Assembly: GCA_028826165.1 (NCBI GenBank)
Contig: JAPDFW010000128.1
Coordinates: forward strand, 1-64,000
From: Anaeramoeba ignava BMAN
Lineage: Eukaryota; Protista; Anaeramoebae
DNA length: 64,000 bases
Direction of reading: 5' to 3'
In this document: positions 47,601 through 58,800 of the stretch, piece by piece
Numbering within the stretch: the first letter of the stretch is position 1
How the letters are laid out: every line of letters begins with the position of its first letter
Translations under genes and position numbers: made by a program
The notes under the pieces: model-generated
Databases searched by the model: none
What the model was told of the DNA's origin: nothing
What the model saw: the letters and a program-made list of their open reading frames with translations, nothing else

Positions 47601-49089
47601 TTATAAATTATTTTATTAATTATTTTTATTAATTATTTATTAATTATTTTTTAAATTATTTTTTTTATTTTATTATTATTTTATTAATTATTTTTTATTT
47701 TTAATTATTTTTTTATTTTATAAATTATTTTTAAATTATTTTATTAATTATTTTATTATTATTTTATTTTATTTTTAATTATTTTATTATTTTTTTATAA
47801 ATTATTTTTATTAATTATTTTATAAATTATTTTTAATTATTTTTATTTATTTTAAAATTATTTTATTATTTTTATTATATTATTAATTATTTTATTAATT
47901 ATTTTATTAATTATTTTTTTTAATTAATTAATTATTTTTATTAATTTTATTTTATTTATAAATTAATTATTTTATTAATTATTTTTTAATTTATTTTATT
48001 TATTTTTTTTTTTATTTATTTTATTTTATTATTATTTTATAAATTATTTTATTAATTATTTTATTAATTATTTTATTAATTATTTTATAAATTATTTTAT
48101 TAATTATTTTATTAATTATTTTATTAATTTTATAAATTATTTTATAAATTATTTTATAAATTTTATTAAATTATTTTTAATTATTTTTAATTTATTTTTA
48201 AATTATTTTATTAATTATTTTTTTTAATTTTTTAATTATTTTATTAATTATTTTATTAATTATTTTTTATTATTATTTTATTAATTATTTTATTAATTAT
48301 TTTATTAATTATTTTATTAATTATTTTATTAATTATTTTATTAATTATTTTATTAATTATTTTATTAATTAATTATTTTATAAATTATTTTTAAATTATT
48401 TTATTTTATTTTTATTATTTTATTAATTTATAAAATTAATTTATTAATTATTTTATAAATTATTTTATAAATTATTTTATAAATTATTTTATTTATTATT
48501 TTATTAATTATTTTATTAATTATTTTATTAATTATTTTATTAATTATTTTATTAATTATTTTATTAATTATTTTATTAATTATTTTATTAATTATTTTAT
48601 TTATTATTTTATTAATTATTTTATTAATTATTTTATTAATTATTTTATTAATTATTTTATAAATTATTTTATAAATTATTTTATTAATTAATATAAAAAA
48701 TACGCATAATCTTTGCCATCTTGTTCCAAAGCTTTTTGGTCAGCATCCGAAGATAAAATCTGGATATAACCACCACCACATCTAATATCTTGAGTAAACT
48801 TAAGATTAAATTGAATAATAAGATTTTTGCCTTCATTTGAACTCAACTCATTTTGGAATTTTGAAGAAATAGCATAATGTTTGTTTGGTTCAGTTGTCAT
48901 AAGACCTCTACTTTCTATAGGATCTGCATAATAATCACCTGCACTTAAAATAAATTTGCCAAATTCTCCATTTTCTGAATTAATCCATCTTGATTCCCAT
49001 CCTTCTTTGAATCCTTCTTCAAAATATACAGTTGAAAATGCTCCAAATCCAAGAAATAATATTATTGTTGTGATTAATATTAATTTCAT
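44611..49089 (-). CDS. CALR: Calreticulin paralog, 5 exons, C-terminal KKEL
   Basis: Exons 48704-49089, 47105-47264, 46594-46695, 46335-46514, 44611-45036. Signal peptide, VYFEEGF, CGGGY, FGPDIC, THVYTL, P-domain [12 protein letters not shown] / [30 protein letters not shown]. Confidence 0.93.
45050..46308. repeat. Intronic 12-bp minisatellite (TTTTGAATTTAA)n
   Basis: Fills calreticulin intron 45037-46334. Confidence 0.9.
46700..47100. repeat. Intronic 7-bp microsatellite (TAATATT/TAATAAT)n
   Basis: Fills calreticulin intron 46696-47104. Confidence 0.88.
47270..48690. repeat. Intronic 12-bp pure-AT minisatellite (TTTTAT[T/A]AATTA)n
   Basis: Fills calreticulin intron 47265-48703; essentially no G or C. 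Confidence 0.9.
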
Positions 49090-49215
49090 TATTATCCCTT
49101 TTTTGTTTTTGTTTTTGTTTTTGTTTGGAAAAAAATGAAAAAATGAAAAATTAAAAAAAATTTTTTTTTTCCTTTTTTTTTTTTTTCATTTTTTTTTTTG
49201 TTTGTTTTTGTTTAA
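49090..49215. promoter_or_regulatory. Putative bidirectional promoter between calreticulin and exportin
   Basis: 126 bp between divergent ATGs; aaaaatgaaa twice (minus-strand TCA-T tract) and ttttcatttttt (plus strand). Confidence 0.5.
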
Positions 49216-52200
49216 ATGAATTTTTTGAAAGAAAATGAACAGTTTAATTTAGATTTATTTGATTCTATTGTTCAAATTTTTTATTATGGAAAAGAAAATG
49301 AAGTAGTTATTTAATTCCTTTTTATTTAAAAAATTTAAAAAATTTAAAAAATTAAAATCTTTATATATATAAAAAAAATCAATAAAGAAACAAAATGCTC
49401 ATCAAATGTTAATAGATTTTCAACAAAATCAACTCTCATGGAAATATGTTGATTTAATAATTCAAAATTCAAATTCTCAAGAATCTCGTTTTATTGCTTT
49501 AAATATTTTAGAAAATGCAATAAAATTTAATTGGGAATCTATTGAAACATCAGATCAAGAAAATATAACAAATTTTATTATAGAATTAACATCACAAATT
49601 CTTGAAAATGCAGAAACAAAAGAGTCCAATAAATTACTTCTTAATAAATTAAATCTAATATTAATTGAAGTGAATACCGATACAAAAAACTTTATCCAAT
49701 TTAATTCAATATTTATTTTAATATTTAATATTTAATATAATATTTAATATAATATTTAATTTATTTAATTTATTTTATTTTAATATTTAATATTTAATTT
49801 AATATTTAATATTTAATATTTAATATTTAATTTAATATTTAATATTTAATATTTAATATTTAATATTTATTTTAATATAAAAAGATCCTAAAAAAACAAC
49901 AAACACAAGATTTACTTCTCCAAATAATTTCTCAATCTTCTTCTTCTCCTCTTGTTTATGAAAATACAATTATAATTATCCAACTTTTACTTGAAGATGT
50001 TTTCGAATTTTCTCAAAAAGAATTAACAAATGATTCAACAAAAATACTCAAAGAACAAATCAAAACAATACAATTCGAAATTTTCAAAATTCTTACAGAA
50101 GTTTTAATAGAATTTTCTCAAATAAATAATTTTGAAGAAGAAAATCATCTTCAAATTATTCAAGTATTTTATTTCCATAAAGAAGAAAAAAAAAATTTTT
50201 TTTTTATTCATTCCACTTTTTATTTTTGTTAATTGATTAAAGGTTGTAATTTCATTATTATCCATTTTATTTAGAGAAGTTTCTCCTGAAAATATATATC
50301 AAATGAATATTATTGATCAAATTTCAATTAATGTAAAAAAAATTAAAATTAAAAATTAAAATTTAAAATTAAAATATTTTTATTTTTGATTTCCAGTATT
50401 TACAAGAACCAAAAACTTCTTATATTTCAATGAAATTCCTTGCAGATATTTCAGGAATAAAAAGTGGATTTGAATTTAAAGAAGAATATATTAAATTATT
50501 TGTCGATACAACTTCTTCTCTGATGAAAATATTTCAACAAAATGATTTGAATGAAATATTCAAACACGGTTTAGATGAAGACCATTTTTTCCTTAAAAAT
50601 ATTGCCATTTTTTTATCTAAAACATTACAAGCTCATTTTAATTTGCTATTTCAACAAGATTCCCTTTTTGACTTACTTCATTTTGCTCATGATTTACTTC
50701 TCAATTTAACAATAATCAATGAAGAGGATTCTGAAATGCTCACAATTTGCTTTGAATACTGGAATTTTTTCATGAATATTCTTTCATCAAATAATGCAAA
50801 ATTTTCAATAGAAAAAATCAATTCTCAAAATCATCTTAATTTATACAATGAAATTGTTGAAAAATTAAGAGAACTAACAATCAACTACATGCAGCTGCCT
50901 TCTGAAATCCATCTTGAGAATCCTGATGAAGAAGATTTCACAACGGAAATACAATCTAACGATATTTACTCATTCATGTCTCAAACTTTAATTTGTATTT
51001 GGAAAATCCAACCTCAAAAAACACTTGATAATCTTACCCAAAAATTGAGCAATGAAATATCAAATCTTCACCAACAAAACTACCAACAAATAACTCCATT
51101 TAATAGAATTTGTAGATCGATTTCTTCAATAGGAAAAGCCTTGCCATCAACAAATCAATCAAGTGTGTTTTTAACACAGATTTTCTCAATTTTAATGGAT
51201 CTTTTTAAAAAATGCCCTGTTAAAAATATTAGGCCCATCATAATCGCAAATATCCTTGTTATCGCAGCCGAATCTACAACTTTCCTCAATTCATCCCCAA
51301 AATTCCTCAAAATTATTATCAATAAAATATTCCAATTCATGGGAAAATCTCACCACGAACTTTCTCAAATAAGTTGCCAAGCTTTTTCTAACATTTCAAA
51401 GAGATGCAACAAGCAAATTGTCAAACAAGAATTCTCAGAAAAAACACCTTTTGTCTTCTCAATTATTTCTCAACTCAATCAAGTTGTTTCCCGATTAAAT
51501 CAGCAACAACAACAAATTTGTTTCCAATCTATTGGCAAAATTATATCTGTTGCTCCAAATAATTTCAAACAAGAGCTCATTTCAAATTTATTCCAAAACA
51601 TAAATCAACACTTCCTCCAATTATTTCTTCCTATTCAAAACTGCTCCAAAAACCCAAACAAGAATGATATTCTTCATCTTTTTTCTGGTAATTTTACTGA
51701 GGAAATTCTTTTCATCCTGAAAATAAACAGAAGCGTTTCCAAAACTTCCCATGTTTCCTTTCGAAATCAATTTGCGCAATTCTCTGAAAATTATTTGTTG
51801 ATCTTCCAATCATACTCATCTTTCTTTTCATCCATACATTTTGATCCAAAAATGACCAAATTGATGAATAATGATATACTCACCCAAATTCGTCTAATTA
51901 AAAAGGAAATTCTGCTTCTTTTCATTTCAGTAATCACTCACAATCTTCAAACTGACGATATAGACGAGAAGTTTCTCAATACAATTCTTGATATTCTGAC
52001 CCAAGATTACAAATATAATATTGAAAACCAAAATAGACCTCCCGAAGTTCTAAATTTAATCATCTCAATAATATCAAAATTGAAAAGCAAAGCAACAAAC
52101 CAAATCCCTAGAATATTCGCATACGTCTTTGATTCAACTTGGTTAATGATAGGAAATGATCACGAACAGTTTCCAGAACACAGAATCAACTTATATTCTC

Positions 52201-52751
52201 TAATTTACAAAATTATCAAATATTGTTATCATTTCTTTTTGGTTTTAAATCAAGATCAATTCGCAAAAATTATTGAATGCTTGATTTGGGGAATGAAACA
52301 CATTCACCATTTAATTTCTCGATTGGGGTTGAAATCACTTCATTTATTGTTCCAGAAAATCTCTTCTCAATCAGAAAATGCAGGAAATTTTTATCAACAA
52401 TTTTACTTAGTGATTCTTAATGAATTACTTATTATAATTTTTGACACTTTCCACAAACAAACAATTCATAATCAAATTCAATTTCTTCAACATTTGATTC
52501 ATTTAGTTAATCACAACAAAATTTTAGTTACTTTATTTCCTGATTTTTCAGATTCTTATGATCAAAATGAACATTTCGTAAAAGATTTTATTTTTAATTT
52601 TTTAAAATCAAATTTCCCAAATTTAAAAGAATCTCAATCACTTTTATTTATTGAACAGATATTTATTCAAAATAGAGATAATTTATCAACTCCTTTATTT
52701 GAAAATTTAGTTATTGATTTTTTGAAAGAAATTAAAAAATTTTTATTATAA
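49216..52751 (+). CDS. Divergent exportin-1 (CRM1/XPO1)-like karyopherin, 5 exons
   Basis: Exons 49216-49302, 49388-49669, 49885-50163, 50243-50332, 50397-52751. Motifs FNLDLFDSIVQIFYYG, LLNKLNLILIEI, ICFEYWN, KFLKIIINKIFQFM, LIKKEILLL, RPPEVL, VFDSTWLMI...FPEHRINLY, WGMKH, DTFHK, DFLKEIK match CRM1. Confidence 0.85.
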
Positions 52752-52848
52752 AGTTTTTATTTAAATTCCACTTTTCTTGTTTTTCCTTTTTCCTTTTTTT
52801 TCCTTTTTTTATTTTTTTTTCATTTTTTTTCTTTCATTTTTTACAAAA

Positions 52849-55800
52849 ATGGATTTACAAACAAAAAATCAACAAATTCATTTTTATGTTTTTTTTCAAT
52901 CACAGAAAGAATCTGAAAAACTCTTTATTAAGTGTAATAACAAAAGAACTGTTCTTAAAAAACTAAATTCCTTAATTTTTTTTCGTAACTTTTCTTTACA
53001 AGAACTTGAAAAAACTTCAAAAAACAATTTTTCTTTTTTAATTATCCATAAAGAAGGAAAAAAAGGAATTGGAAAACAAAAAATATCATTTCAAATTAAT
53101 CCAAAAGAAGAAGTTATATTCCTTTTTCATATTCAAAAAAATATTGGTTATACAGAACAAGAAGTTTTTTATCATTTTATTGATTCAATTTTGGAAAAAG
53201 AAACCATTTTAGAAGAAACGAAAAAAAATTTTATTAATTTTTGGAAAGGAATTAAATCTTTGGAAGATTTTTTACAAAACAATAACCCTCAAGAGTTCAA
53301 ATACATTTTCGAATTTTCTGTTGAAAATTTTTTACAAAAAATCAAAAACGGTGTTTTGGTTGAAGAACCTCATGATTTGATGATATTCATTTTAATTTCT
53401 TTATCAGTTCATTATCAAGTCTTTTCTAACGAATTAAGTGATTATTCTTCGGAATATTATAATGCTTTGAAAAAAGTATTTGGAAATAATAAGTGGATTC
53501 AAAGTGAAGAACCAGAACTTCAAGAAATTCAACAATATTATCAAATTCTTCGAGAAACATTTCCAGTAATCGAAAATTATAAAAATTTAAATCAAAATAA
53601 TGAAAATTTAAATCAATTTCAAATTGAAAATGAAAATGAAAATTTAAACCAATTTCAAATTGAAAATGAAAATGAAAATTTAAATCAAAATAATGAAAAT
53701 TTAAATCAATTTCAAATTGAAAATTATAAAAATCTAAATCAAAATTATGAAAATTTAAACCAATTTCAAATTGAAAATGAAAATGAAAATTTAAATCAAT
53801 TTCAAATTGAAAATTATGAAAATCTAAATCAAAATTATGAAAATCTAAATCAAAATTATGAAAATTTAAATCAATTTCAAATTGAAAATGAAAATATAAA
53901 CCAATTTCAAAATGAAAATAAATATAATATTGATTTAACAAATGAAAATGAAAATGAAAATGAAAATGAAAATGAAAATGAAAATGAAAATGAAAATGAA
54001 AATGAAAATGAAAATGAAAATGGAAATGATTTTGATTTTGGAAATGATTTTGATTTTGGAAACGAAATGGAATTACAAAAAGAAATTGAAATTGAAATTG
54101 AAATTGAAATTGAAATTGAAAAACAAAAACAAAAACAAAAACAAAAACAAAAAGAAATTGAAATGGAATTACAAAAGGAATTGGGAAATGAAAATTATAA
54201 ATTATTTCAATACATTCTATCTTGTAGGAATTATCAAGAATTCCAAAAATCAAATTTCTCAAATGATGAAAGGGGTTGTGAGATTTTTTTAAAAGAGATG
54301 ATCGAAAAAAAAAACCAAGCAGCATTTATCCAATTAGTATCTCAAAGAAAAATAAGAATTCTTATACAAATGATTCACAAACATTATTCAAAAAATTTTG
54401 AATATCTTACAATACTAAATCAATTTTATGGAATTTTTAAAGAAGCTTTGAAAATTATAGAAAAAAAAACCAAAATTTCTCTTCACTTTGCTAATCCAGA
54501 AGATAATGAAACAAATAAAAATGGAGAGACTAAAAACAAATTCAAGAATTTAAAACAAAAAATAAAAGACTCAATTAAGGATAATTTAACAAAATTTCTT
54601 TCACAACAAAAATCAGAAATAGATTGCTTTGAAAAAATTTCAAATTCAAAACTAATTATACCTCAGAATTATTCCCCAAACTTCATTTCTCAGGTTTTAT
54701 ATAATTATATGGAAAAAAAATATTCTGAAAAGAAACCAAAATATATTGTTGAAAATCCAGATATTATAAAACTTACACCATTAATAATTCAAATTCCTTT
54801 TTGGGAAAAGTATTGCACTCTTAGATTACCAGAAAATGAGAATTTTGCACATTTTTGGATAAAACACCCTCATCAAATTCAAAATGAGCTCACTTTATTA
54901 ATTCAATGGTTTAAAACCATTCCTAAGAATTTAACTTCTGATTTTGAGACTTTTATCAGTTCGAATCAAGATTTAAAAATTTCTCAAATTTCTCAAATCT
55001 CAGAAAGTTCTGAAAGTTCTGAAAGTTCTGAAAATTCTGAAAATTCTAAAACACTTTTTGAAGATATTCAACCAAAAATCAAAACAAATGAATTATTTTT
55101 TCTAAATATTAAAATATTTGTTGATTTGATAGACAAGTATTTTGAAAAAGTTAAAAAGAATGATATTTCCTATAACGAACTGGAAGATCTAAATTCAATT
55201 GAAAATTCTCCACATCCAGTTTCAAAATTTGGTGATATAATTCCTGAAATCATTTTAAAAAATTTTTCCACATTGGAAAAACAAATTAGTTTGTTGAACA
55301 AAAATTGTTCAGAAACAAATCCATATAAGCAAAAGATTAAGAAAATTCACGCAATGTCAACAGATGGAAAAACTCCAATTAAAAATTTAAAAAATTTCAT
55401 AAATTCTCAAAAAGACATTATCCAGAAAATCTTTAAAAAGGAACCAAATCAACAAAATAAACCAAATCAACAAAATAAATCAAATCAACTAACAAAATCA
55501 AATCAACTAATAAAATCAAATCAACTAACAAAATCAAATCAACTAACAAAATCAAATCAACTAACAAAATCAAATCAACTAACAAAATCAAATCAACTAA
55601 CAAAACCAAAAAATCCAAAAAACCCAAAAAATCCAAAAAACCCAAAAAACCCAACAAAACAACCAAATCAAAATTTAAAAGAAACTAATCAAATTCACGC
55701 AACATCAACAAATAGAAAAACTCCAATTAAATTTTTAAAAAATTTGGTAAATTCAGGAAAAGAAATTATCCAGAAAATCTTTAAAAAGGAACCAAATCAA

Positions 55801-58800
55801 CAAAATAAACCAAATCAGCAAAATAAACCAAAAAACCTAACAAAACCAAAAATCCAACAAAAACCAAAAAATCCAACAAAATCCAAAAAATCCAACAAAC
55901 CAAAAACCCAACAAAAAATCCAACAAAACCAAAAAATCCAACAAAACCAAAAATCCACAAAAAACCAAAAAAAAAAACCAAAAATCCAAAAAATCCAACA
56001 AATCCAAAAAAAACCAACAAAACCAACAAAACCAAAAAAACCAAAAAATCTAACAAAACCAACAAATCCAAAAAATCTAACAAATCCAACAAATCCAAAA
56101 AACCAACAAATCCAACAAATCCAAAAAAACCAACAAAATCAATCAAATCAAAATTTAGAAGAAAAATTACCAAAATGGATAATCCAATTATTCACACAAA
56201 TTCCTTTTAAAAGCATTTTTTATTCAAATTTCTTCAATCAAAAATGGCAAAATGAAGCATTAGAAAATTCAGAAAATTTACAAAAATTTAATGAAATATT
56301 AAAAGAAATTGAAAAAATCCAACAAATTCCTGATTTATTGCAAGATTTCGTGATTCATAACTTTTCACAATTATTTGATATTTTCCAAAAATTCCAAGAT
56401 GAAAAAGAATTCCTTTATTTTCTTTCTTTAGTGTATTATGATAGTACCTTTATTCAACACTTCAAACAAATCCAAAAAATTATTCAAACATACATTCTTG
56501 CTCTAAAACATTTTCCTTCATTTAAACCTTATGATGAAATCCCTCAAGTTCAACCCAAACCCAAAGATCAAAAAAATATTTCTTCGCCAGAAATGACTTC
56601 AATTATCTCAAAAATGAAAACATTTTTCGAAATTCGATTTTTTGTTCAGAAGAAAATTGATTATTATTTATCTCAAATTTTTGAAACCAATATTCAATTC
56701 ATCTTCAATTATTCACAAAAAAATCCAGAAGTTTTTTCATGTATAATTCCAAATCATCCAATATTACATTTCCAAGAATTTTGTGAAATCAATTCATTTT
56801 TCAATTCATCTTCTCAAGTTGGAGAATATGGAAACAGTTTCAAAGAAATGTTTGTACAAATTGCAAGAATCCGAGCAATATGCATTGATCTTCAACAATA
56901 CTCTCATTTTTTCGATATATCATCTCATATCCAAATAAATATCCAAATCCAAAATAAAAATTACAAAGATATTTTGCAAAAACTGAAAAACAACTTTCAA
57001 AACTATTATCAGACTGGGAACAAACTATCATAAATATTACCAATAAATTTATTGTTTTCTCCTTATTTTCTCAAGAACAAATATCATCTATCATTGAAAG
57101 CTTTTTGAATCAAGATCCATCTATTCAAGAAAATTCATTTCAGCTCTTGCTTTCATTTTATCCAGATTTGGAAAGAGATGCTTTTAATAAATTTTTTAGT
57201 ACTCAATCCAACACAGAAAATTTTGATTTATATCAATTCATTAGTGATCTCCAAGAATTAGTTCCTTTACAAAAATCAATTAAAAGCAGAATTGGAGATG
57301 AAGAAAAACTTTCCAAATACAAAAAAAACGAAATCAAAAATCAATTACAGAGAGAAAATCTCCCACATGTTTTCTTTTATCAACTCCAAAATGAAAACCA
57401 AGTATATGAAATGACAACAAGTTTATTTGCTACATATTGCAGTCATTTTCCTTTAAAAGAAAACATATTGATTTGCAATCATGAAAGTACCACCATCTCA
57501 GATATCCAAAGATTTTTCACTGTTTACAGATTTTTCAATCAATTAAAAATTCCAGGAAAAAATCATTTATTTTGCATTCTTCATTCTCATAAACTCAACC
57601 AACAAAACGCAAAAATACTAATTCAACAAATCCAACAAATCAAATTCAAAACTCGTTTTCCATTGGTAATTTTCTTTTATCAAAAAAATGCTGACGACTT
57701 CTCTATTATCAATCATTTCCCTCATTTCTTATTATTTGACAATATTGAAACTCTCCAAAAAAAAGAACTTAAATCAATTTTCAAATCAATCTCAAATAAT
57801 TATCCAATGATTAAAGTATTCACTTCAAAACTTTCTGGAATGGGAAAAACTTATCAAATCCAAAAAAATTTTTTCGAAAATTATCAAACAAAAAAGGAAA
57901 ATGCAACATATATAAATATTGTTCTCACAAAAGGAACATCAAAAGAAATGATCAACAAAATTGTTCAATCTCAAATACCTCTCGAAAAACCCAATCTTCT
58001 ATTCAAGTTTCTTCATATAGAATTGCCTTATTTCCCTGAATCTCAAATGTTGGATAATCTCTGGTCTTTATCAATGTGGAATTTGATTGAATCAAAAAGA
58101 AAATATTCTCCACACTTCATCCAAAAATTTGATCCAAACTTTCATTTTGTATTTGAAATTCCAAGCTGTTTGAAGGAAACAGCAGAAACTCAACTCAACA
58201 TTTTCCCTCCTTTAGAATATTTCCAAGAAACTATATGCGGAATTAATAACAAAATTTTTTCTTTTGATAAATTTGAACTTTCACAAACAAATGTAAATGA
58301 AAAGAATCCAAAATGCTTTCAATTCACAAAAATTGCGGATCAAGAAATAAATTATGTTGCTCGTTTTATTGAATTATGGAAAGAAAATTTCAAGTCATTG
58401 ATCAATGCAAATTTACAAAAAAGGGAAGATATTCTCCGACAAAAGGCAAGTGAAGAGAAGTTTTATGATTTTTTAAAACAAATCATCTTAGAAAAATTTC
58501 CCTCTCAAGATTTTACTTTTAGAGCAATATCAAATTTTGTTGGTTCACTAAAAACTCAAATCTCTCTTTTCTCTGATTATTCGTTTTTAGATATTCATTT
58601 GCCCAATCAAAACAAAGACCAATTTCTAAACGAATTGTCTCAACAATCTTTGAGATTTTATTTCAAATCCATTTTCAACCTTTCATGCCGTTTTCTTAAA
58701 TGGACAAATGAATATAATAATCTCAAAAATATCGAGCAAGAAGAAGTTACATCTCATTTACTGAATAAAATGATTATCTGGAGTAATACATTGTTAGCCT

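Noticed and set aside
52777-52848. TTG-initiated hydrophobic N-terminal extension given in the ORF track
   Set aside because: This is the T-rich promoter tract. The ATG at 52849 has the usual TCA-T-tract and AAAA context.
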